Positions 45,050 through 63,419 of a DNA stretch of 64,000 nt are shown one piece after another; the first letter of the stretch is position 1; the number at the start of each line of letters is the position of its first letter. The notes beneath the pieces were generated by a model. That model made no database searches. It was not told the origin of the DNA and saw nothing but the letters and a program-made list of their open reading frames with translations. Source of the DNA: the human T2T-CHM13v2.0 reference genome, Homo sapiens; the NCBI RefSeq assembly GCF_009914755.1, contig NC_060934.1, one strand, 5' to 3'. The position numbers were made by a program, and so were the translations under genes.

Positions 45050-45456
45050 ATATGATCTAGTGACCTAATCCTAGCCCTGAATCAGTAAATAGATGTCAGC
45101 TCTTTAAAGTTGTCACTGATGCAAAGATACTAAAGTGGAATGTATAACAGGTCTTAATCTTTATAATGACTGCTTTCGTCCCCCCTGTGTTTCCAATGCA
45201 CATAAAAATTCCAGAAACCACCTACATAGAAGAGAGTACTGTGTGCCTAAAAAATACACCTTTCTCTCCATTCCTCACCACAGGGAATTCAGACTGGCCT
45301 ACAACTTGAGAATTCTGCAAGCACAGACAACTTGGAAAGGACAGAACCCCCAGCAGATGGAAAATTACAGTACTCTGAGACTTTAGGAAATGGTACAGTC
45401 ATATCTAAAATGAGTGACCGTAGGAAGGAACCAGATCATGTTAACAAATCCACTGA

Positions 45457-45933
<477 letters not shown>

Positions 45934-45976
45934 TGAGAGCTAACTCAATCTTTCTTTTAACAGATACATATTACAA

Positions 45977-46002
45977 ACTAATATGTAATATTACATATTA
46001 GT
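45977..46002. repeat. Perfect 26-bp palindrome
   Basis: actaatatgtaat|attacatattagt. Confidence 0.95.
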
Positions 46003-46039
46003 GCCAGACACAAAGGACAGAAAAATGAGCATCAGTCAA

Positions 46040-46240
46040 TCAATTTCCTCATGTTTCTAGTAATCCTCACAATGGTCATGTGAGGTAGTTGTATTACCTC
46101 TCACTTCCAGGTAAAGGAAAAAAGCCTCCAAAAAGTTAAATAACTCATCCTAGGACATACAGCTAAGAAAAGAAAGGACAGGAATTTAAGCAGGTCCCCT
46201 CGTAGCTAAAACCCATCTTATTCCTACCATACCATACAGC
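46040..46240. mobile_element. MIR
   Basis: taatcctcacaat...gaggtag...aagttaaataactcatcctaggacatacagcta. Confidence 0.6.
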
Positions 46241-46594
46241 TTTCTCCTGGCCTCAGACTCTTTTGTAAATCCTCACGTTTTTGGTTCATATTCTGCCAAA
46301 TGCTTATATTCACTAACATGGAGAGAGTTCATAACATTGCAAAAATTTACAAATCTTTTTTTTTTCTGTCACTCATATGTAACAGGGCCCTGGAATTCTG
46401 ATATCTATTGACTCAGATGTCAGTGGTGTTTATGGTATGTTCACCCCATCTTAACACTGATACACACAGTTGATGATTAAAAAAATACTTAAGAGACCTT
46501 TATTGTCGGAAAATGCTGCTGGAGCTCAGAGGGGGCACATAGAGCTGTGGCCTGGGGAAGGTCAGTGAAAGTTTCAGGAAGAAGGTCAGATTTT

Positions 46595-46995
<401 letters not shown>

Positions 46996-47581
46996 TCAAA
47001 GACAATGAGACAATTAGTTTGGAAGGAGAAAGTGATAGGCAAATATGGAATGTAACCTAAAGGGTTGTACAAAAGCTCTTAATCCTTCCAGACAATTAAT
47101 CCCTTCCTTCTCTATGTTCTTATAACATTTTGAAAACGCATTTCTATTGTAGCATTTAATACTTTGCATCATAAGTATTTTTGTGCGATATCTTTTTTAC
47201 TATTAAATCCATGGCATGAAGCTCAAAGTAGGGCAGCAATAAATTATTAATTGATTAATCAAATCAGTGAATGAACGAATGAATACCTCTTCCATTAGTT
47301 GTGAACTCTAAGAACAAAGCTTGTGTCTTACTCATCTTTGTATCTCTAGCTCTAAGCCAATGCCTATAGGTTCTCAATAAATGTTCATAGAAATGAACAT
47401 TTATTCAGTCTAACTCCTACTCATTCTTTAAGGATTCTCCATTCTTTCCTTCTTACTTTCCTCCATTTTCCCCCTTTGAAGTCTTTTCTAATGACTAGCC
47501 AGACAAATGTAACACAAACCCACAAAGTAGGCAACCCTCCCCTCTGCACCAGTAGTTCCCCATGCACAAGGGTGCTATTTA

Positions 47582-48609
47582 CAATGGTGTGCTGGAGCCA
47601 CTGCATATCGGATCCTGAGAGCCGATTATAAATCATCAGGAATTTTGCAAACCAGTTGTTAAACCTAACCAGTCTACAAAAGCAAATTGTATAAGCTTAA
47701 AATTAATTATATTTTAAAACTCATTACTTTGTGATTATTTTACTATATTTTACTATTATCTATGTCCCTGTGATTATTTATGCTGATCATAACTATATGG
47801 TGCAAATATATAACCATGATCTACTGTGCATCTCTTCCCAACTCCATGTTCAGTGATGTCATGTCGGTAGCTTGAAATTGGCCTTGGAGTATTTACAATA
47901 TGTAAATTGGCAAGCACTACAGAACGGAGTGTGATTTATCATTTTGTTGATTGTCTATACCATGGATTAGTAAATTTTTTTATAAAGATCCAGGTAATAA
48001 ATATTTTAGACTTTATAGGCAATCTCTATTGCAACTACTCAACTGTGTAGTTGTAGCTTGGAAGTAGCTACAACTAAAAACAGAGACAATATAAAAACAA
48101 ATGGGTATGCTTGTGTTCTAATAAAACTTTTTTATACAATCAAGGTGGATTGGGATGATGGGGTAGTTTTGGTTGTAATTTGACCTTACTTGGTCTATAC
48201 CTAAGAAAGCAATGGAGATACATTAACTATGCAGATTAAACTTAAAAGTGGATCATAGCTTTTACATTGTGAATAGTACCAACAATTAGGAAATATTCCT
48301 CTATTATTCTAAAACCAATTCAGCAACAAAGCCACACACAGAATTGGTGAATGAGTGAGGTTCTAACATATGTCATTATTTTTTCACTTTCATCTTATTC
48401 ATTAATGTACACAAAGATATCAATAACCATTCATAGCAAAGCTACCTTCTTTTTTCAGTTGTAACCAGAAGTTGATGATGGATACAAGAGTTCAGCAAAA
48501 AAACAATAAAAACATTATTAGTAAAATTTATAATACTTGTATGTATGTATATATGTATTCCTCCTGCCCCCAGATTGCTGGTTGGTAAGCATTTATCAGC
48601 AGACACTGG
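47582..48609. mobile_element. MER63-family (hAT-Blackjack) element split by MER58A
   Basis: Termini caatggtgtgctggagcc...gagagccgatt and cagcagacactgg. Confidence 0.75.
47961..48192. mobile_element. MER58A (hAT-Charlie)
   Basis: Exact 8-bp TSD gtctatac at 47953-47960 and 48193-48200; internal gcaactactcaact motif. Confidence 0.85.
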
Positions 48610-48799
48610 TACTATTATTCACATAGTAATTTCCAATGGTTTATATACATCTTTTTATTTATCTCAAGACTTAGAGCATCTTGAAAATAGGGATCATGTC
48701 TTACTTATTTCTTTGGTCTCCAAGTCTAAGACAAAGTTTAGCCTTTATTAGCTCAGTAAAGATGTATTTTTGAAAGTAATTATATTAATGATCATGATG

Positions 48800-49010
48800 G
48801 CACTGTCTTATGTATACTAAGCCTTTACGATTTGACAGGAACTGTGCAAAGTACTTTATATGTTCATTTAATCCTCATAACAACTTACAAAGTAGGTGGT
48901 ATTTTCTCCATTTTATAGCTGAGGAGACTGAGGATTTGAAAACCTAAGTGGTTTGTTCAAAGCAATACACTTAGTAAACACTGAAGCTAGAATTTGAAAC
49001 CAGACAGTGT
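48800..49010. mobile_element. MIR
   Basis: catttaatcctcataacaac...ccattttatagctgaggagactgagg. Confidence 0.75.
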
Positions 49011-51107
49011 CACATCACAACTTGAACCCACAATGATGGCTGTGGAGCTTCCACACCACCTCCCATTTGTATTAATATTTGCTGAATATTTTTTAATTGA
49101 TTCACTTCTTTCATTTAAATGTGGTCAGTCTCATTTGTGAAATCACACGTTTGATAATCTGCCCATATATTTCCAAATATATTAAAATATACATGCAACT
49201 ATAAATAAAAATGTTTCACCTTTCATGGCTTACTTTTAGAAACATTAGTCCTTTCTATACTGCTCTGTAGGATGACATCAGTGAAAATGCCTGTTAGAAT
49301 ACCCTAAGCCATCACCCTATGCCACCCCAGTAGTGAGTTAGCTGGCTAAGGTTTCTCCTGAAGGACAGTGGCCTCTGTTTGTCAGCATGGAAGACAAATA
49401 TAATTTGGGGTGTTAGACTGGTATTTGGGTTTAGGAACAATAAAGAGGTTGTTTAGCACACTAGCCAAACCACTTTCTCAAGTCTAGGTTACCAGGGCTG
49501 TATGGATTATGGTTTTGGACCCTAGATGAGATTAAATTAAACGGTATTTTGTCTTTTCCTATCCTTGGTCCTCAGTTGTGATTCAATCTTTGTTACTTAA
49601 GAGGTAGTATATAGTTATATCTGAGTCTTCTGGTCAAATGACACTGCATGGAACCCTAATCTCAAATTAGTGTATAAAAGACACATTTTCTGAAACCAAC
49701 TCCGTGCCGACACAGACACTCTATGGAGAATTAAATTAAATTTTAAAGAGAGTTAAAGATTGTTTATGAAATGGCTAAAGTCTTTAAACAAAAGTCTCAT
49801 CTAAACAAGTTTTATTACTATTTAGTCTGACATACGTAATCCAGTCATCTTTTATTTTGTGGAAGCACAACTGACTTGATTAAACTGCACTCCAGAGTGG
49901 GTTTAAAAATAAGAGACAACATTCTGAGACAGGATGGCTTTAAAGGGGAGAGATAGTGTTTGATCACTTGCCCTCTCCCTCTGCTTTAACAAGCCGTTAT
50001 CCCTGCCAAGAAAGATATTTCTAGTTTGTTTAAAGCATTGAAGATTAAAAGATTATATAATAGCTTGGAATCAAAATGTTGTTTTGATGAAGGAAACACA
50101 GTGGTTGAAGAAAAATTCTCACCATATACAGTTAGTAGAGAAAAGAAAATTATGCTCACTGCTGCTCAGCTTCAGTGCTCAAATATGTCTTCAAATGAGT
50201 GTGTGTGACCAGTATGATCAGCTCAGAGCCCTAAGCATCTGAGAACAGGCTTCCCTGAGAAGACTTCAGTGATGCTCCCAAGGAAACTCAGTCCCCTTAG
50301 CTCGATCATGTGGGGAGCACAACCCTAGGCTGGCAGTACCACGTTGGGTTGCCATTGTTTCTCTGGCTATTGCTCCATCTGTGAACAATTTGGCATGAAA
50401 AATTATATCCTATTACCTTTGTAAACCAATTCCTAAAATATTTGTGGATGCATAGTCAATGTCCTATAAAAATGTTATTGCCTGGAGGCATGAAAGTAAG
50501 TTAGAGAGTTTCTGAAAAGGTTAGGTGTCTTACTACCAGTTTTATGTCTTGTCACAATTGATAAGTCTTACCAAATAATACTGTGAGAGTGAGAAGGTGG
50601 AAATAATTTAAATTATTTGAGGAAAAAACAGAAACACAGGGAGGTTGAGTTTGACTAGTCACAAAGATGTTGGCTGGAAGATCAGGAATAAACTTCTAGG
50701 CTTGATGCAAAGAGTTGAGTTATAATCATGACAAACAGGAAATTTAGGAGGCCAAATAGGGCATAAATTTTGATAATCAATGGATTATAGAAGTTGTAGA
50801 TGAGATGCAAGAAGCTTGGCTTAAAAAGAACATTCAATAATGCTAGAAAAAATAATGATGAGTAGTTTTGTTTGGGTTTGTTCAGGCAGTCAGATACTTG
50901 AAAATTCCAATAATTAGAATTATTCCATAAAGATCATCTAAAAGAATAGGTTCCCTTTGCCTTCCCTTAAGGCAAAATGATTATTTTATCCTTTTAGCAA
51001 AGATTGATTTATCTGATTACCACACTCCATTGCTAACATTCTTTTTAGCTTCAAATACAAGACAGGTATAATCAGAAAAGGGTTAGGCAGGTGTGGATCT
51101 GTTTAGG

Positions 51108-51290
51108 GCAATAATTCTCAATATTGACTATACAGCAAATCGCCAGAGAGGCTTTTAATAATAGAGATTCCCAGGCCACAGCCAAAGCATTTAGATTAGA
51201 CTCTTTGGGAATTACACCTCAGGCATCTGTCTTCTGAAAGCTTTGCGGATAACTATAATGCAGAGGTAATCCAGGTTTGTGGGTCAGTCA
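51108..51290. mobile_element. MER5-like MITE
   Basis: agagattcccaggccac...cctcaggcatctgtctt. Confidence 0.45.
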
Positions 51291-52724
51291 TACCTCAGAA
51301 AACTAGATTTGCAGGGCTAGAAGGAGCTTACTTTTTAATAAATTACCCTAATTTCATGGATTAACAAATTTTCCTAAAACAATGGATTTGTCTTTAATTA
51401 GTAGTATAAGAAAAAACATGTGTTTCAACAGAAAACTACATGTTGTCTACAGCACACTGTTCCAGGTTATCTTAATGTAATTCTGCAGAAACTACTTCAT
51501 AAATCTGAAAAGGATGAATAACTGACAAATTATTGTCTATAGACTTGCAATTTTGTCCTGTCTAGTAGAGGCTTAATGGGCTTCTCTCTCCAACTAGGAA
51601 AAAATTAGTGTTGCCTCCTCATGCACATTCATTTCAGCATTCCTTTACTTAATATAAAAGTGTGCTTTTGTGACTTCTCCTTTTAACTGCTTAGAACATG
51701 TCCATAGTTATAACTGTATGAGTTAAATATTTAAGTTCATTTTTCATCCCTATAAGAGCGATGATCCTTTTATCCACTATCATTTATCCTTTTTTTGAAA
51801 ATTAACTTTTAACAGTGATAATTCTCTTTAGAACAACATGGCAGGTCTTTTTACTTTCTGGTATCTTTCTGTGGGCCAGATTGCCACCACTTCCTGATCC
51901 CATACCACCCTTACGACCGGCCATGGTCCAGCCACAAATAGGATCTGAACTCACCACAGATGTTGGGCCTGGACCTAACCCAAGAAAATCATGCCCATGG
52001 CTAAGGTTGAGTAACACTATGGCGTGTCTGTGGTTTCATGTAAAACAGATCGCATACTGATGAAATCTTGGAAATCAAATTATATATAAAACTAGCAAAC
52101 TGCTGAATTTGCTAATTTCTCTTTTATTTTTTCCTAACAGATTCAATTTCCAGTATTTTTTCTAGTCATGTGCTGCATTCATTTCAACAAACATTTTTAG
52201 GGGACTTTCTTTTCTAGCACCATGATGAAATAGATATACTGAAAAACTCCCCCTTTAAAATAGCTGGAAATGATGGGAAAAATCAAATAAGTATTCTTTT
52301 AAATACACAGCTAAGCTTAAAAGGAAATAGGATGAATAGTGCTGAAACAATTGAACATCTACATGAAAAAAAAAACCTAGACCCACATTTTACACTCTTC
52401 ATAAAAATAAACACCAAATAGATCATAGACCTAAATGTAAAACACAAAATGATAAAACTCCTTAAAAGATAGCATAGGAGAAAATCTAGATGACCTGAAG
52501 TATGGTGATATTTCAGATACGACACCAAAGGTGCAATCTGTGAAAGAAATAACTGATAAGCTAGACTTCATTAAAATTAAAACTCCTCTGCAAAACACGC
52601 TGTCAAGAGATTGAGACAAGCAACAGACTAGGAGAGAATATATGGAAAAGATATATCTGATAAAGAATTGTTATCCAAAACATATGAAGAACTCTTAAAA
52701 TTCAACAATAAAAAAAAATTTTTT

Positions 52725-53019
<295 letters not shown>

Positions 53020-53692
53020 TTAAAAACAAAAATCTGTACAGACACCTCACCAAAGATGATATGTAAATGGTAAATAAGCATATGAAAAGATGCTCAACAT
53101 CATGTCATTAGATAAATACAAATTGAAACAATATTAAGATATTAATATCATTACATATCTATTATAATGGCCAAAATTCAAAGCACTGACAACATCAAAT
53201 GCTGACGAGGATGTGAATTAACAGGAGCTCTCATTTATTGCTGGTGAAAATGTAAAATGGTACACCTACATTAGAAGACAGTTTGGCAGTTTCTTATAAA
53301 ACTAAACATACTCTTACCATATGATCCAGCAATTGTGTTCTTTGCTATTTACCCAAATAAGATGAAAACTGATATCCATACAAAAACCTGCACATAGATG
53401 TTTAGAGCAGCTTTAAATGGTTCATTTGGCAATTATAAAATCATCAAAACTTGAACACAACCAAGATGTCCTACAGTAAGTGAAGAGATAGAAATTCTGT
53501 GATGAATCGAGACAATGGAATATTTTTCAGCACTAAAAAGAAACGTGCTATCAAGCCATGAAAAGACATGAAGAAACCTTAAATGTATATTACTAAGTGA
53601 AAGAAGCCAATCTGAGAAGGCTAAATAATTCCAACTATATGACATCCTGGAGAAGGCAAAACTATGGAGACAGTAAAAAAAAAATCAGCGAT

Positions 53693-54034
<342 letters not shown>

Positions 54035-54308
54035 TTATCAGAATAAGAGAGCACGGGGATTTTTAGGGCAGTGAAACCATTGTGCTGGATACATGTCATT
54101 ATGCATTTGCCCAAGCTGTAAACTATGGACTTTGGGTGATAATGATGCATCAATGTAGATTCATCAATTGTAAAAAATGTAGTACTCTGGTGTGTGTTGT
54201 TGAGTCCAGGATGTGGATGGGATTGGGTCCAGAGGATATATAGGAGACTTCTGACTTTTCCCCTAATTTTGCTGTGAATCTAAAACCACTCTAAAAAATA
54301 AGATCTAT

Positions 54309-54404
54309 CCCGGGAGGTGGAGGTTGCGGTGAGCCAAGATTGCACCACTGCACTCCAGCCTGGGTAACAGAGCGAGACTCCATCTCAAATAATAATAATA
54401 ATAA
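54309..54404 (+). mobile_element. Heavily 5'-truncated Alu with (AAT)n tail
   Basis: aataa(g/t)atctat TSD-like flanks. Confidence 0.9.
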
Positions 54405-54621
54405 TATCTATTTTTAAAAAAGATTAAAGAACAGAAAACATGAAAATTAAATCAAAGCTAACTAATCTTCCTACAAAGAAAACACCAGTCCTAGACAATT
54501 TTAAAAGGGAAGTATTCACGAATACTGAAATAATACATAATTCTAATTTTACACAAAATATGTCATACTGTAGAAAATTAAGGAGAACTTCACAGCTCAT
54601 TTTATCAATTTTGCACAATCT

Positions 54622-55316
54622 TGACAGCTAGCTCCAAAGAATAGACACTGTCTATCTTACATTCAGCCTGGACACTATGAACCAAAACCACACCTCATGG
54701 GCTATGTTATCATGACTTGGTGGTATCCTTTTGTCCTCATTAGCATGACTTTTGCCTTCTAGGAGTATCTTGCTCAGACACATAGTTTTCTGATTCTTCA
54801 TTATAGAAAGTTCCTAAAAGACCCAATAAATCTTCGATGGTAAACATCAACAAACAGTTTGCACTCTACAGTTGTTTAATCCTTCCCAGTATTTTCCCCT
54901 ATGCTGAACAGTTACATCTTGATGTTTACCCAATCCTAATTAGCCAGCCTCCACCACCTTTGAAAGAGCCTTCTTTTTTTTCTCTCTCTAAATATTTTTT
55001 ATTATACTTTAAGTTCTAGGGTACATGTGCACAATGTGCAGGTTTGTTACATATGTATACATGTGCCATGTTGGTGTGCTGCACCCATTAACTCGTCATT
55101 TACATTAGATATGTCTCCTAATGCTATCCCTCCCCGCTCCCTTAAATCAAACTTCCAATTCAATAAATTTGCCCTTACCTCCGCTCTTCAGAGACATTGC
55201 TAAAGCTCTGCAGAGTTAGTATTCTCTTACTGCTGTGAGCATTTGTCTCATCAAACTGTCATCTTTGTCTCATCAACAGGTTGTGTTGGTAATGTTTGGG
55301 GAGCCAGCTTTTGACA
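54622..55316. mobile_element. ERV-like solo LTR (family uncertain) containing an L1PA fragment
   Basis: TG...CA ends, AATAAA, caacaggttgtgttggtaatgtttggggagccagc end motif; interrupts old L1. Confidence 0.5.
54994..55142 (-). mobile_element. L1PA4/5-like 3' terminal 150 bp
   Basis: ttattatactttaagttctagggtacatgtgcacaatgtgcagg. Confidence 0.92.
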
Positions 55317-55324
55317 TTTCAAAA

Positions 55325-55368
55325 CAGTGAGCTACGATCACACCACTGCACTCCAGCCTGGGTGACAG
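55325..55368 (+). mobile_element. 44-bp tailless internal Alu fragment
   Basis: cagtgagctacgatcacaccactgcactccagcctgggtgacag. Confidence 0.8.
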
Positions 55369-55369
55369 G

Positions 55370-59215
<3,846 letters not shown>

Positions 59216-59460
59216 GATTGTGGTGCCTGATATGTGCCAAGCAACGCAGAAGGGGTAGCAAAGGTCAGGAGCTCATGATACAGTAAGAAGTCAGGCAATG
59301 ATTACTCCATCTTTAGTACCATAAGGTTAGTCTGAGGGCAGACATCATCCCATGGTGTTACAGGAGCACTGACAAGAGGGGCACAATTCTCTCTATGAAG
59401 TCACGTGTGTTGACAGGTAGCCACTAAGTTGAGTTGCCCAGGTTAAGAAGTAGGGGAAGG

Positions 59461-60317
59461 CCATTAAAAAGTAGGCAAAGGACATGAACAGACACTTCTC
59501 AAAAGAAGACATTCATGAGGCCAACAAACATATGAAAAAAAAGCCCAACCTCACTGATCATTATAGAAATGCAAATCCAAACCACAATGAGATACTACCT
59601 CACACCAGTCGGAATGGTGATTATTGAAAAGTCCAGAAACAACAGATACTGCTGAGGTTGCAGAGAAAAAGGAATGCTTTTACACTGTTGGTACAAGTGT
59701 AAATTAGTTCAACCATTGTGGAAAACAGTGTGATGATTCCTCAAAGACCTAGAGGCAGAGATACCATTTGACCCAGCAATCCCATTACTGGGTATACACC
59801 CAAAGGAATATAAATTATTTTATTATAAAGACACATACATGTGTATGTTCATTGCAGCCCTATTCACAATATCAAAGACATGGAATCAGCACAAATGCCC
59901 ATCAGTGACAGACTGGATAAAGAAAATGTGGTACACATACACCATGGAATACTATGCAGCCATAAAAAGGAATGAGGTTATGTCCTGTGCAGGGACATGG
60001 ATGGAGCTGGAAGTTATTGTCCTCAGCAAACTAATGCAGGAACAGAAAACCAAACACGCATATTATTACTTATGCGTGGAAGCTGAAAAATGAGAACACA
60101 TGGACGCAGGGAGGGGAACAACACACACTGGGGCCTGTTGGAATGGGTTGTGGGGGAGACCATTGGAAAGAATAGGTAATGGATGCTGGGCTTAATACTT
60201 AGGTGATGGAATGATCTGTGCAGCAAACCACCATGGCACAGGTTTACCCATGTAACAAACCTGTATATCCTGCACAGGTACCCCAGAACTTAAAATAAAT
60301 GTTGAAGGAAAAAAGAA
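59461..60317 (+). mobile_element. L1PA (about PA11-13), 5'-truncated, inserted in L2
   Basis: ORF2 C-terminal remnant (59839-60093); TSD aagtaggggaagg at 59448-59460 and 60318-60330; L2-like flanks. Confidence 0.9.
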
Positions 60318-60962
60318 AAGTAGGGGAAGGACATTCTTGGCAGAAGGAACAGCCTGAGCACAAGCACAGAGGAGAGAAACAGCTTGCTGTTTTGGAGACA
60401 AGTACTATCATGTCACCAGAGGTGAGTTTTGATGATGATAAACTGATACGCTCTTACGTGCGCATGTCAGAAATTCATTTCATTCTCCATCTCAGAAGGA
60501 CAGCGTTCCAGAAGATTATTCTGAGCATAGTACCTAACTCAGTGGAATCTCTCCACAGTGGAAGTCACTTTTTATTACTAAATAATGATCTTTATCTTCA
60601 AAAACTCCTGGGCCTCAAAGAGTTAGTCTAATTAGTACACATAAATTCATAAATCCAAGTTTGCAAATTGAGTGGATTTTGATGATTCATTTCTGTATCC
60701 TCTCTAACCCTTAAGACTGAAGCCACCTGTTTATCCTCTCTGTGAATTTCCTTGAAAAAATTTTTCTCTGAGCTGTTAGTGTATTTACATTTGGCTTAAG
60801 AAATTTTCTATTTTCTACCTCATTCTTGACTTATTCGTTACCTCTACATTTCTGCAATTTCTTGGAAGACAGAGCCCATGTTCATTTTATTTTGGTTACA
60901 ATGCCTTGCACATAATGGCTAGGCACTTTAAGATGATGAAATAGTTGATAAAGTTTCTGCAA

Positions 60963-62687
60963 CTATGGAGTTATTAGTAGAGAAAGCAATCAGCAGTGCT
61001 TCTAGCCCTCAGGGCCCTGGGGATGCACTGAGAAGAGTTTTTGAGTGCATTTCTTCAGGGATTATTTTTAAAGGTAGTCCTGGGCTTCTGGATCTTTGTG
61101 AAAAGGATCCCTTTGATACCTTGGCAACAATGACTGACCAGCAGTGTGAAGACTTCACATCCAGTACACAGTTTGCATTCAGACTCCTTGCATTCCACCA
61201 GATATACAAAGTTATAGGCATGGATCCATTACCACAAATGAGCCAACATTTTAACATCCATGACAACAGGAAATGAAGAAGGGATAGTGATGGAGTTGAT
61301 GGATTTGAAGCTGAGGAGAAAAAAAGACAAAAAAAGATTATGATAACTTTTAAAAGGTGTCTGCAAATCTTCAGTGTTAAAAAAAACAAAAAGTGCCCAT
61401 TTGTTGGCTGTTTTTCATTCATAATAATGTCTACATTGAAACATTTATCAAGAATTTAAAGGATTTCATGGAAGAACCAAGTTTTTCTATGACATTAAAA
61501 AATGTACAGTGTTATGTATTATTTGAATGGAAAGACACCAAAAAAAAAAAAAATGCTCCGACTAGGGGGAAAACAGTGGTTCCAATTTTTCCCCATTATT
61601 TTGATTTTATTTTCTGGTTGCCTTAGCTTCCCCACCCTATTTTTGTGTCTTCCATTAAGCAGTGCATTGTCATATTAAATCTTTACTGTATTTAATGCAG
61701 GATTTGTGCTTCAGTTGTTCTGTGTATTTTGATATTTTTATTTATAGATTTTGTTTGCTTTTTGACACGAGTTGTTAGTTTATGTTATAGATGATATCCT
61801 TTACCCCTTCTTAATATTGTACAGTACTTTTTTTGTAACGTGAGACTGAAGATTTTTTTTTTTGTTTTTCTATATGTGAAAGATTACAACTCAAAAAGTT
61901 ATCCTGTCATTCGAGTGCTCAGAACGGAATGTTTCTGCAGATCTTGTGGCATTTGTCTCTAGTGTGATATATAAAGGTGTAATTAAGACAGATTTCTGTT
62001 AATCTAATCAAGTTTGCTGTTAGTTGTGCATTAGCAGTATAAAAGCTAATATATACTATATGGTCTTGCAACAGTTTTAAAGCCTCTGCATAATTGATAG
62101 TAAAAAATGCATGACATTTTGGTCTTTAATAGACTTTTAAAATTATAATTTTAGGTTTAACATGTAGATCTTTGTACAGTTGACTTTTTGACATAGCAAG
62201 GCCAAAAGTAACTTTCTGAATATTTTTTTCTTGTGTATAAGTGGAAACGGCATTTTTCACATATAAGTGGGCTAACCAATATTTTCAAAAGAACTTTATC
62301 ATTGTGCAACTAACAACAGTAATTAGCCCTTAATTATGGTGACAGTTCCTTATTGGGGAGTGTGTGAGATTATCTAGCAACTATTACAGTATAACACAGT
62401 TAATCTTCTCCACACACCCTATTGCCCAGATAATTTACAATTCTGTTAATAGTGAGGTTGATAAAGTATTACTGATAAAAAAAAAGATTAAGAAAAAAAC
62501 AGAAAATTATTTGGTGTGGCCATCTTACATGCTTATGTGTCTTCTACACAAAGCTAAATATTCTAGCAGTGATGTAATGAAAAATTACATCTTACTGTTG
62601 ATGTATGTATGTTCTGGTACACAGATGTCATTTTGTTGTCACAGGACTACAGTGAAATACACAAATAAAAAATTAAATTAAAAAAAA
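60963..62687 (+). pseudogene. ZFR: 5'-truncated processed pseudogene of ZFR (zinc finger RNA-binding protein): last coding exons plus 3'UTR
   Basis: ORF 60965-61276 ([85 protein letters not shown]) matches the recalled ZFR DZF C-terminus with no introns. Premature TGA at 61274, then RRDSDGVDGFEAE..KKDYDNF* with extra A's in two homopolymer runs (parental-type stop 61351-61353). Long AT-rich UTR, AATAAA at 62664, A-rich end. The symbol is that of the parent gene. Confidence 0.92.
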
Positions 62688-62698
62688 GATCATCTGAA

Positions 62699-63031
<333 letters not shown>

Positions 63032-63419
63032 TTATGCTCTTACATGAATTTTAATGGTGTTTAATTCTTCAAAGTAGATTTTTAAATGCTAAATATGTCT
63101 TTCCATATAATATTTGGAGACCTAAGAGTTGAAATAGTGGTATTTCAAGGTAGCTTGAATAAAGTGCATTGACAGACACTTCTGTAAGATGGCTTTACTT
63201 CATCCTTCTGGTATTCCCTATTGCCCAAGAAAAAAAATCTTTATGGTTCCTTTGAATTTCTTCTATTCTTTGGTTATGCTTCAGACTGAAGGCTAAATTA
63301 ATTTTATTTCTAGATTCTGGATACTTAAGATACTTCTTTTACAATTGTTTTCTATTAACAAACTTCATCCAATAACCCCAGAGATTAGGGGGAAAGGAAA
63401 ACAAAGATGTACAGGGTGC

